Source: Planctomycetota bacterium (GTDB lineage: Bacteria > Planctomycetota > B15-G4). Taken from it: DNA of 64,000 nt. A program made the position numbers and the translations under genes. Positions 9,720-18,378 of this stretch are shown here, one piece after another. The notes under the pieces are model-generated. The model had not been told where the DNA came from. It did no database searches and saw only the letters and a program-made list of their open reading frames with translations. The stretch covers positions 1,632,001 to 1,696,000 of the forward strand of contig CBDFJQ010000002.1 of NCBI GenBank assembly GCA_965248575.1, written 5' to 3'. How positions within the stretch are numbered: the stretch's first letter is position 1; each line of letters starts with the position of its first letter.

Positions 9720-10400
9720 ATGAGCGCGCACTTCGAAGCCGAGGCCCTGCTGAAGAGCGACTTGCTCGGACAGATCCACCGCGGCTGGCTGACGCTCCCG
9801 GACGGCTCACGGGTCCAGGCCATCCAACGCGACGTGCGCCCCTGCGCGTGGTGGACGCGCCCCTTGGCCAGCTACCTCCTGGCGCGCGAGGCGCGGGCGC
9901 TGGCCGCCGTCGGCCCCCTCGCCGACGAAGACCACCGGCTGCCACGTGCCCTGTGGCAGGCCAAGGGCTGCCTCGTGCGCAGCTGGATCGAAGGGCGCCC
10001 GCTCTACGCCGGCGGCGTGGACTCCCCCGCCTACTTCGCTTCGGCGCGGCGGCTGCTCGCGCGCCTTCACCGTCAAGGCATCACCCACAACGACACGGCC
10101 AAGGAGCCCAATTGGCTCGTGACCCCCGAGGGCCTGCCGGCGCTGATCGACTTCCAGCTCGCGGCGTTGTCCCGACGGCGCGGCCGCTTCTTCCGCATGC
10201 TGGGGCGCGAAGACCTGCGCCACCTGCTCAAGCACAAGCGCACCTACTGCAAGGAACACCTGAGCCCCCGGGAGCGCGCGCTGCTGGCGAACCCGAGTGG
10301 GCCCTCCCGGGCCTTGAGACGGCTGGCCAAACCCCTCTACAACTTCATCACCCGCACCCTGCTGGGTTGGCGGGATCGGGAAGGGCGCGGGCCCCGCTAG
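9720..10400 (+). CDS. Kinase-like protein (RIO/Kdo-WaaP/APH-like fold)
   Basis: Catalytic loop HNDTAKEPNWL and DFG-like IDFQLA. Confidence 0.75.
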   Translation: MSAHFEAEALLKSDLLGQIHRGWLTLPDGSRVQAIQRDVRPCAWWTRPLASYLLAREARALAAVGPLADEDHRLPRALWQAKGCLVRSWIEGRPLYAGGVDSPAYFASARRLLARLHRQGITHNDTAKEPNWLVTPEGLPALIDFQLAALSRRRGRFFRMLGREDLRHLLKHKRTYCKEHLSPRERALLANPSGPSRALRRLAKPLYNFITRTLLGWRDREGRGPR

Positions 10401-10404
10401 TGGG

Positions 10405-11331
10405 TCAACTGGAGCTGGCCCACTGGCCAGCCAGGCCCGACGCGTGACGCGAAACCACCCCGATCAACAGACCGTCGCGCACCACCGTGTAGGTGTGCAC
10501 GCCGTCGATCTCCAAGTCGGCTCCATCGCCGCTCCCAGGGACCTTCAAGGCCTCCAGTCCATCAGGCAAGGCATCCAGTGCCTGCGTCGGCAAGACGAAG
10601 ACCGAGGTCAAGGCACCGCAGCAGTCGTAGAGCAGGTTCACCGCACGGACACCGTCGAAGGATTCTTCCCGCGCACCCAGCAGCTTCACGGCATGGTCGT
10701 GCACACGCCCGCTCTGGGGAAACTGAAAGGCTGCGAAGGCGTGCTTGTCCAGGAGGCCGCGCACGGCGGGCACCCCTTGCACCTGCGGAGGCGCGGTTTG
10801 CTCGGCCGCTGATTCCCAGGCCGACACGAAGCTGCCCAGGTAGGCCGGGGCCTCATCGCGATCCACGCCATCGTCGGCGACGTAGAGCATCGCGGACAAC
10901 AACACCACGGCGGCAGCGGCCAGGAGCATCCAACGGTTGGTCGAGGCCCCGAAGGACGTGTCCGTCCTGCGCTTGTCTTGAAGCGAAGCGAGCGCTGGCC
11001 CAGCCGGGACACCAGCGGCGGCCCGCGCCGAGTCGGCAACGGCGATCTCAGCAGCTCCATCCCTGGAAGAGCTGTCCAGATCCCGTTCGACCTCAGCAGC
11101 CACGATGACCAGGGACTGGTTCAGGCGGCCGTGCACATCGTCAGGCATCTTGCCGTGGGCCAGCAGCTTGTTGAGGGCGCGCTCCAGGCGTTCCTCCTGT
11201 TCGAAGCGCTCTCCGCAAGAGGAGCAAACATCCAGATGCTCTCGAAGCGACACGATGGTCACCGCGTCGAGTTCGGAGTCGAGATAGGCCATCAACAGGG
11301 CCCGCGCTTCGTGACAATTCACGGTACTCAT
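10405..11331 (-). CDS. Transmembrane anti-sigma factor with zf-HC2 domain
   Basis: NCHEARALLMAYLDSEL...HLDVCSSC (HxxxCxxC), central TM helix, overlaps ECF sigma stop. Confidence 0.88.
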   Translation of the reverse strand: MSTVNCHEARALLMAYLDSELDAVTIVSLREHLDVCSSCGERFEQEERLERALNKLLAHGKMPDDVHGRLNQSLVIVAAEVERDLDSSSRDGAAEIAVADSARAAAGVPAGPALASLQDKRRTDTSFGASTNRWMLLAAAAVVLLSAMLYVADDGVDRDEAPAYLGSFVSAWESAAEQTAPPQVQGVPAVRGLLDKHAFAAFQFPQSGRVHDHAVKLLGAREESFDGVRAVNLLYDCCGALTSVFVLPTQALDALPDGLEALKVPGSGDGADLEIDGVHTYTVVRDGLLIGVVSRHASGLAGQWASSS

Positions 11332-11912
11332 GATGCGTTCTTTCCAGGTGACTCTTGCTTGCGCAGAAAACCGGTTCGCTCTGCGTGGCTCGCTAGTCCC
11401 TCGCGCAATCGTGCTCTCGCACGAAACAGATGACTCATCACCGTGCCCATGGGGATCTCAAGGGCCTCGGCGATTTCGCGGTATGCAAAACCCTCACCGG
11501 CACGCAGAAGGAAGACCATGCGCTCCGAAGCCGGCAGGCTCTTCACGGCGCTTCGCACTTCCTCGGACACGCGGTCCAGGAGAACCTCGGGCTCGGCCAG
11601 CACGTTCTCGTAGGCCTGCTCCCGCTCCAACGCCTGGACCAGGTCCATGTGCTCTGAGGAAACCAGGTGCTTCTGCCGCCGCCGCAGGGAGTTGTTCGCG
11701 TTCAGGATGGTGTTCGAGAGGATCCGGAACACCCAGGCCCGAAAGGACGTGCCCACTGTGAACACATCGAACTTCCGGTACGCGATGAGAACCGCCTCCT
11801 GCACGCAATCCTCAGCCGATGCCCGGTCCCAGCACATGCGCTCGGCGAATCGCCAGAGAGCATCGCGTTGGGGCGCTAGCAGGGCTGTGAACTCGTCGTG
11901 ACGGTCGGACAT
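11328..11912 (-). CDS. ECF RNA polymerase sigma factor
   Basis: AEDCVQEA, FRAWVFRI, region 4 YREIAEALEIPMGTVMSHLFRAR; GGAGG Shine-Dalgarno upstream. Confidence 0.95.
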   Translation of the reverse strand: MSDRHDEFTALLAPQRDALWRFAERMCWDRASAEDCVQEAVLIAYRKFDVFTVGTSFRAWVFRILSNTILNANNSLRRRQKHLVSSEHMDLVQALEREQAYENVLAEPEVLLDRVSEEVRSAVKSLPASERMVFLLRAGEGFAYREIAEALEIPMGTVMSHLFRARARLREGLASHAERTGFLRKQESPGKNAS

Positions 11913-12034
11913 GACCTCCCCATGTTTCAGGCTGAGGTGCTTATTCTGCCAACTTCCGGGCAGAAGGCATGCTGAGCCACGGGTCTCCGACCAGCAGCCC
12001 AGACTCCCCCGTCATGCACTGCCAGGAATCGATC

Positions 12035-13402
12035 TCAGGGCCCTGAAGGCTGGGCCTGGCCCTCGATGTCGATCCGGGCCACATCCCTGGCCAACCGCCG
12101 GCGCACCCGCCAGACCAGGATCAGCGCCACGAAGCCCAATCCAGCCCCGAGGGCCCACCACATGGCTTGGGGCCCCCCGCCCCAGGAGAAAGCCCAGACC
12201 AGCCCCAAGGGGAGCGCCAGCACCCAATAGCCCACGAGGTTCGCCAGCATGGGGACGCGCGTCTCTCCGATGCCCCGCAACACGCCAGCTGCCACCACCT
12301 GCAACCCATCGAAGAGCTGGAAGCCAGCCGCCAGGGGCACGAAGGTCAGCGCCAGCGCCAAGACCTCCGGGTCCGTGGAGAAGATCTTCAGCAAGGGCTC
12401 GGGCAGGATCACGAACAGCAATCCGAAACAGCCCATCACCCCCGCCCCACATCCCAGTGCCACCTTGGCCGCGAGTCGCATCGCCACGGGATCCCCGGCG
12501 CCCACGGCGTGACCCACACGCACCGCGGCCGCGGTGCTCAGCCCGAGAGGCAACATGAACGACGTGCTGGCCAGGGTGATCACGATGGCGTTGGCTGCCA
12601 CCGCCAAGGTGCCGAACTTGCCCATGATGAACGTTATGGCGTTGAAGGCCCCCACCTCGAGCGCCATGGCCAGGCCTATCGGCAACCCCATGACAGCGAG
12701 TCGTAGCAGCGGGCCGAGCGCCAGGGCCCGCGGCCGCAACGGGTACAAGAGCGGCTTCAGATCGCGCCACGTCAAGACGAGCACCAGCACCAGCATCAGG
12801 TAGTTGCACACGACGGTCGCCAGGGCACACCCGTGGGCGCCGAGCGCCGGGAAGCCGAACTCACCCCGGATCAATGCCCAGTCCAGAGCCGCGTTGACGA
12901 TGTTGGCAATCACCACGACCACCACCAGCGGCCGCATGCGCCCGAGGGCCTGCAGGCTCCGTCGCAGCGCCACGAACAACAGCATGCCGGGAACACCCCA
13001 GGCGCACGTCTGGGCGTAGTCCGTGGCGTCCGGGATGATCTCCGCCGGTTGCTGCAGGGCGATCAAGGCCGGTTCGGCCCAGATCATCGCCAGCCCCATG
13101 GGGATGCACAGCAGCAGCGCCGTCACGAGCCCCCGTTGCACAGCGCGCCCCACGGCGGGTTCATCCTTGGCCCCCAAGGCCTGGGCGACCAAGGGATCCA
13201 GGGCCAGCAGCATGCCCATGCAGAAGGCCAGCGGGACCCAGAGCAGGGCGTGGCCCTGACGTACGGCGGCGAAGCCCGTCGTGGAGACGTGCCCCATGAC
13301 CGCGGAGTCCACCACGTTCATGGTCATGAGGCTCAGGTTCACCATCACCACGGGAATGGCGAGGCGCATCTGGGCGCCGAGCTCGGCACGGATCGCTGAC
13401 AT
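12035..13402 (-). CDS. MATE family efflux transporter (NorM-like)
   Basis: LAIPV...VDSAVMG, about 12 TM helices, GLPIG...LEVGAF, FQLFDGLQVVAAGVLRG. Confidence 0.93.
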   Translation of the reverse strand: MSAIRAELGAQMRLAIPVVMVNLSLMTMNVVDSAVMGHVSTTGFAAVRQGHALLWVPLAFCMGMLLALDPLVAQALGAKDEPAVGRAVQRGLVTALLLCIPMGLAMIWAEPALIALQQPAEIIPDATDYAQTCAWGVPGMLLFVALRRSLQALGRMRPLVVVVVIANIVNAALDWALIRGEFGFPALGAHGCALATVVCNYLMLVLVLVLTWRDLKPLLYPLRPRALALGPLLRLAVMGLPIGLAMALEVGAFNAITFIMGKFGTLAVAANAIVITLASTSFMLPLGLSTAAAVRVGHAVGAGDPVAMRLAAKVALGCGAGVMGCFGLLFVILPEPLLKIFSTDPEVLALALTFVPLAAGFQLFDGLQVVAAGVLRGIGETRVPMLANLVGYWVLALPLGLVWAFSWGGGPQAMWWALGAGLGFVALILVWRVRRRLARDVARIDIEGQAQPSGP

Positions 13403-13491
13403 CGCGCCACACTATCCATTGCGGAGCTGCGACCGCCACAGGTGTGGGATAGGCCTATCTGCGGCGAGGCGTCGGGAGGTAGGGTCGGGGC

Positions 13492-14346
13492 ATGGACTTC
13501 GCACTCGCAGACAAGACCGTGCTCGTGACGGGAGCGTCGGGCGGAATCGGCCGCGCCTTGGCCACCAGCTTCCTGGCCGAGGGAGCGCGGGTCGCCCTGC
13601 ACGGACACGGGCGCTTCGAGGCCATGCAGGCATGGCTGGCCGAGCGGCCCGCCGAAGAACAGGAGCGCAGCCTGTGCGTGCAAGGGGATGTCTGCGACCC
13701 GGCGCAGATGGACCGGGCCGTGGAGAGCATCCACGAGCGCTGGGGACGACTGGACGTCTGCGTGGCGAATGCAGGCATCTGGCCCACGGAGGATGTGCCG
13801 CTGCACGCCATGAGCGCCGAGCGCCTCCAGAACACCGTCGGCGTCAACCTCCTGGGCTCCGTCTGGACGGCCCGGGCCTTCCTGCGACTGCTGGCCGAGA
13901 CGGGCCCGCGAGACGACGGCCACGGAGTCGCCCTGGTCTTCATCAGCAGCACGGCGGCGCGCTTTGGGGAGCGCCACCACGCCGACTACGCCACGGCCAA
14001 GGCGGGCTTGTCGGGTCTGATGGAAACCCTCAAGCATGAGATCGTCGACCTCGACCCCTATGGCCGGGTCAACTGCATCGAGCCCGGCTGGACGGTGACC
14101 CACATGGCGCGCCCCACTCTCGATCAGCCCGGCACCATCGCCCGCGTGCTCGCCACCATGCCCTTGCGACAACTGGCGAGAGCGACCGACATCGCACGCA
14201 CGGCCCTGTGGTTGGCTTCCCCCACCCTTGCTCGACACATGACGGGGCAGTCGATCACCGTGGCCGGAGGCATGGAGGGCCGCCTGCGCTGGGCCGCGGA
14301 CGACATCGACGAAGCTGCGGTGCGGGACCGCCTGAACCAAGACTGA
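13492..14346 (+). CDS. SDR family oxidoreductase
   Basis: TGASGGIG, NAG, YATAK (YxxxK), VNCIEPG. Confidence 0.93.
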   Translation: MDFALADKTVLVTGASGGIGRALATSFLAEGARVALHGHGRFEAMQAWLAERPAEEQERSLCVQGDVCDPAQMDRAVESIHERWGRLDVCVANAGIWPTEDVPLHAMSAERLQNTVGVNLLGSVWTARAFLRLLAETGPRDDGHGVALVFISSTAARFGERHHADYATAKAGLSGLMETLKHEIVDLDPYGRVNCIEPGWTVTHMARPTLDQPGTIARVLATMPLRQLARATDIARTALWLASPTLARHMTGQSITVAGGMEGRLRWAADDIDEAAVRDRLNQD

Positions 14347-14350
14347 ACAG

Positions 14351-15709
14351 GTGAACGACTCCCCCACCGCCCCCTCCCGAGCGCTTCGGTCCACGAGCAG
14401 CGAGTGCTTCGTGGCGCGCATCCCCGGCTCCAAATCTGGCACCCTTCGCGGGCTGATGTTGGGCGCCATGCACCCCGGTGTCACGGAGGTCACGGGGGGA
14501 CTGCATTGCGACGACAGCGAACAGCTGCGACGCGCCCTCGATGCCTTCGGCGGTTTGCTCGCCGATCAGACCTCGGACGGTTTCAGGGTCACCCGCGAAG
14601 CGGACGAACTGCACGCCCCATCTGAAGCCTTGCAACTCGGCGTCGCCGGAACGCCGGCCCGCTTCTTGTTGGGGTTCAGCGCACAGGTCACGGGCGAGAC
14701 GACCCTCACGGGCGATGAGCGACTTTGCGAACGACCCATGGGCGGGCTGCTGCACGCCCTGCGTGAGATCGGTGTGAGGTTCCAGGAGCTCGGTCATCCA
14801 GACCATCTACCCGTACGCATCTCGGGGGGAGCGCCCACGTCGGACACCTGGCATGTGAACGCCGAGGTGTCCTCGCAGTTCACGAGTTCGCTCTTGCTGC
14901 TGGCAGCCCAACAGGGCCGCCCCATCGCGCTCCACGTGCACGGCCCGCAGCCCTCCCGGGCCTACGTCGACCTGACCCTGCAGATGCTCAAGCAGGCAGG
15001 CATCCCCGCGAGCGGGACGCCGCCCGACAGGGGCCCCTGCGTCTTGCAGGTCTCCCCCCCAGCGCGGCTTCCCGCCCTGTCCCGCGTGGTGGTCGAGGCC
15101 GACGCCAGCAGCATGACCCCCTTCCTCGCGGCGGCGGCCATCACGGGCAGCTGCTTGAGCGTTCCCAACATCGGGCACACGTCTCGCCAAGCGGACGTCG
15201 CCTTCGCCTCGGCCCTGCAGCGCATGGGATGTTCGCTGGGGATCGGGCCGCATTCCCTTCGAATCCAGGGAGCGCCCCTACGCGGCATCGAGATCGACAT
15301 GTCCCAGATGCCGGACGCCGTGCTCAACCTGGCGGTGGTCGCGGCGTGCGCCGACGGACCGACACACATCACCGGTGTGGGCAACCTGAGATTCAAGGAG
15401 TGCGATCGCTTGCACGCGGCAGCAACAGAGCTGAACCGCCTGGGAGTGGAGGCCCGAGCGGAGCCGGATGCGCTCCTGATCCGGCCAACATCTGCTGCCC
15501 GCAGCAGGGACCCGCTGACCGCCTCGACGAACACCGTCGTGCGCACCTATGACGACCACCGCGTCGCCATGGCCTTCGCAGTCGTAGGCCTGGTGGTCGA
15601 CGGACTGCAGATCGAAGACCCGGCCTGTGTCAGCAAGTCCTTCCCTATGTTCTGGAAGGAGCTGGCGCGCTTTCGCCAGCATCACGGAGCCGAGCCTCCA
15701 CCTGTCTGA
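14351..15709 (+). CDS. aroA: 3-phosphoshikimate 1-carboxyvinyltransferase (EPSP synthase), divergent
   Basis: PGSKS, AGT..RF, RPM, SSQF, DASS, RFKECDRL, DDHRVAMAF, CVSKSFP. Confidence 0.85.
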   Translation: MNDSPTAPSRALRSTSSECFVARIPGSKSGTLRGLMLGAMHPGVTEVTGGLHCDDSEQLRRALDAFGGLLADQTSDGFRVTREADELHAPSEALQLGVAGTPARFLLGFSAQVTGETTLTGDERLCERPMGGLLHALREIGVRFQELGHPDHLPVRISGGAPTSDTWHVNAEVSSQFTSSLLLLAAQQGRPIALHVHGPQPSRAYVDLTLQMLKQAGIPASGTPPDRGPCVLQVSPPARLPALSRVVVEADASSMTPFLAAAAITGSCLSVPNIGHTSRQADVAFASALQRMGCSLGIGPHSLRIQGAPLRGIEIDMSQMPDAVLNLAVVAACADGPTHITGVGNLRFKECDRLHAAATELNRLGVEARAEPDALLIRPTSAARSRDPLTASTNTVVRTYDDHRVAMAFAVVGLVVDGLQIEDPACVSKSFPMFWKELARFRQHHGAEPPPV

Positions 15710-15778
15710 TGCACGCCTCGCGGCTTGGTCTGAGCGGTGCTGCGCGGGTTGGCGATCGGTCCGTCTTCGAGTTGCGCC

Positions 15779-16159
15779 TCAGCTCAAGCTCGCGCGTACG
15801 AGGGCCTGCCCTACCCACACGGCGGCCAGGCCCAGCACCAGGTTCAGGGCCACACTGCCCAAAGCCTGGGAGAGCTGCCCCTTCTGCATCAACTCCAAGG
15901 TCTCCGCGCCGAAGGTCGAGAAGGTCGTGAACGAGCCGAGCACGCCGATGGCCACGAACTGCCGCAGCCGGGGGTCGAAGGCCTCGCGCTCCATGACCGC
16001 CGCCAGCAGGGCACCCATGGCCAGGCAACCCAAGGCGTTCACGACGAGGGTGCCTATGGGGAAGGACGAGGCCACCCGGCGCTGAACGAAGGCCGACAGG
16101 CCAAAGCGGGCCAGGGCACCCAGCGCCCCGCCGGCCCCCACAAGAACGAGCGTCTGCAT
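15779..16159 (-). CDS. crcB: Fluoride channel Fluc/CrcB
   Basis: GGALGALARF, FPIGTLVVN, GVLGSFTTFSTF; 126 aa from ATG at 16159 with GGAG upstream. Confidence 0.95.
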   Translation of the reverse strand: MQTLVLVGAGGALGALARFGLSAFVQRRVASSFPIGTLVVNALGCLAMGALLAAVMEREAFDPRLRQFVAIGVLGSFTTFSTFGAETLELMQKGQLSQALGSVALNLVLGLAAVWVGQALVRASLS

Positions 16160-16303
16160 GCCGAAGGCTCCCGGCGGGAGAGGATACGGATGGAAAGCTG
16201 CCCATGATGACCTGCGGGCGCCGCTGGATCTGCCCCGGCGCCATCGAAAGATGCCGCTTCCCGTGGCAGGCTGCGGGTCCAGCCCGTCGGAGCCCCCACC
16301 GTC

Positions 16304-16768
16304 ATGCCTCCCGCCCCCGAGCCCCTCAGCCCGAAGCCCCGCGTGCTCTTCCTCTGCGTGGAGAACTCCTGCAGGAGCCAGCTCGCGGAGGCCCTCGGCC
16401 GTCTCGCTGGGCTGGAGGCCCACAGCGCCGGAAGCAAGCCCTCGGGGCAGGTGAACCCCCTGGCGGTGGCCAGCATGGCCGAGCTGGGCTACGACCTCTC
16501 GGCCCACCGCAGCAAGGGCGTCGAGGCCCTCCCGGACGGCGAGTACGACGCCGCCGTGACCATGGGCTGCGGCGACAGCTGTGCCTTTGTCGCCACCCGG
16601 CACAAAGCAGACTGGCCCATCCCGGACCCCAAGGCCATGGGCCCCGACGGCTTTCGGACGGTGCGCGACGACATCGCCCAGCGCGTCGAATCCCTGGCGC
16701 GGCAGTTGGGTGTGAGGCCCAAGGGTGCGCCCCGTGACGGTGACGGCGAGGCTGACACGGCGCCATGA
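16304..16768 (+). CDS. arsC: LMW-PTPase-family arsenate reductase-like protein
   Basis: LFLCVENSCRSQLAE P-loop, SAGS.P, TMGCGDSC, WPIPDP. Confidence 0.85.
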   Translation: MPPAPEPLSPKPRVLFLCVENSCRSQLAEALGRLAGLEAHSAGSKPSGQVNPLAVASMAELGYDLSAHRSKGVEALPDGEYDAAVTMGCGDSCAFVATRHKADWPIPDPKAMGPDGFRTVRDDIAQRVESLARQLGVRPKGAPRDGDGEADTAP

Positions 16769-18327
16769 AGTCAGCAGGCACCCTGGACCAATGCCTGCGC
16801 CGGAGCGTCGGGCGCTTCGGCGAGCGCACAGCCGTCATCAGCGGCCCCCTGAGCCTGAGCTACACAGACCTCGACCGGTCCGTCGAGCAGACCTCCGCCT
16901 GGCTGCGTGCTCAGGGCGTCCACCCCGGCGATCGTGTCCTGCTGCAATTGTCGAAGGGCGTGCCCTTCCTGTTGCTCCATCTGGCGAACATGCGGGTGGG
17001 CAGCGTGTCCGTCCCCGTGAACCCGCTGGCAACGCCTCGCGAGCGCGCCGAAGCCGAGGCGGACTGCCGCCCAACCCTCAGCGTCGATGAGCCGTCGCTG
17101 CGCAGGTCGGGTCCCCGGGGCATCGTGGGCTTCGCCGCAGCCATCGAGCGAGAGGGAGAGGGGGCGGATGTCGGAGCCCAACGGCAACAGCCCTCACCTG
17201 GGCCTGTACCTGGGCCGTCACCTAGCTCGGACGACCTCGCCTGCCTGCTCTACACCTCTGGCACCACTGGCCGCCCCAAGGGCGCGCGCCTGCTGCAGCG
17301 GCAACTCGCCGCCAACATCGAGACCCTGCGTCAGGCCTGGGGCTGGAGCGAGCACGACCGCATCTACCACGCACTGCCTCTCTTCCATGTCCACGGGCTG
17401 TTCGTGGCTGCCTCCGTGGCGCTCGCCTCCGGCGCCACCCTCGAACTGGCGCCCCGATTCGACCCCGAGCGCACCTGGTCGGCGCTCCTGTCCGGGCGCA
17501 CGACACTCTTCATGGGCGTGCCCACCATGTATCACCGCCTGCTGGCCCACGCGCCCAGCCTCGACCCCATCGCGCTGCGGGATCCAGCGGCCCTGCAGGT
17601 GCGTCTGTTCACCTCCGGCTCGGCCCCGCTACGGGAGGACACCCTCGCAGACTTCGAAGCACTCACGGGGCACCGGATCCTGGAGCGCTACGGCATGACG
17701 GAGGTGGGCATGGCCGCCAGCAATCCGCTGCACGGCCCCCGCAGACCAGGACGCGTGGGTCCTGCCCTGCCAGGCGTCGGCCTGCGCATCAGGGACCGCG
17801 ACACGGGCGAGGTGCTCCCCCCCGACTCCGTTGGCGAAGTGGAGATCACGGGTCCGTCGGTCTTTGATGGCTACTGGGAGCGCCCCGAACAAACGGCCCA
17901 GTGCTTCACCGAGGACGGTTGGTTGCGCAGCGGCGACTTGGGCTCCCTCGATGAAAGCCGCTCCTTGAAGCTCGTGGGCCGCGCGAAGGAGCTGATCATC
18001 TCGGGCGGGTTGAACGTCTATCCGCAGGAGGTGGAGCGGGTGCTCAACGAGCATCCGGAGGTTTCCGAGTGTGCCGTCTGGGGTGTACCCGATGCCGACT
18101 TTGGTGAGGCCGTCGTGGCAGGGGTCGTGCTGAAGGAAGGCGTCGATCCGGGCACCGGGCGCGCGACGGACGCGACCTCTCTCAAGCGCTGGGCACGGGA
18201 GCGCCTGGCCGCGTACAAATTGCCCAAGCGCATCGTGTTCCTCACCGAGCTGCCCCGCAACGCCATGGGCAAGGTGCAGAAGGCACGGCTCGCTGAGATG
18301 CCTGCCCTACGGGACGACGGTCCTTGA
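16765..18327 (+). CDS. Acyl-CoA synthetase (MatB/malonyl-CoA-synthetase-like AMP-binding enzyme)
   Basis: YTSGTTGRPKG, LPLFHVHGL, SGSAPL, ERYGMTE, SGDLG, LPRNAMGKVQK; ATGA overlap with arsC. Confidence 0.9.
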   Translation: MKSAGTLDQCLRRSVGRFGERTAVISGPLSLSYTDLDRSVEQTSAWLRAQGVHPGDRVLLQLSKGVPFLLLHLANMRVGSVSVPVNPLATPRERAEAEADCRPTLSVDEPSLRRSGPRGIVGFAAAIEREGEGADVGAQRQQPSPGPVPGPSPSSDDLACLLYTSGTTGRPKGARLLQRQLAANIETLRQAWGWSEHDRIYHALPLFHVHGLFVAASVALASGATLELAPRFDPERTWSALLSGRTTLFMGVPTMYHRLLAHAPSLDPIALRDPAALQVRLFTSGSAPLREDTLADFEALTGHRILERYGMTEVGMAASNPLHGPRRPGRVGPALPGVGLRIRDRDTGEVLPPDSVGEVEITGPSVFDGYWERPEQTAQCFTEDGWLRSGDLGSLDESRSLKLVGRAKELIISGGLNVYPQEVERVLNEHPEVSECAVWGVPDADFGEAVVAGVVLKEGVDPGTGRATDATSLKRWARERLAAYKLPKRIVFLTELPRNAMGKVQKARLAEMPALRDDGP

Positions 18328-18378
18328 TTCGGAAAACCGCGCGCCACGCCGTGCCCAGGGGAACACGCTGGTCAGGGT

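Noticed and set aside
16160..16303. Fluoride riboswitch upstream of crcB
   Set aside because: Only a partial plus-strand resemblance (aagctgccc...tgatgacctgc). The GGNGAUGRNGUYCNCC P1/pseudoknot cannot be built on either strand by eye. An Infernal scan with the Rfam crcB model would settle it.
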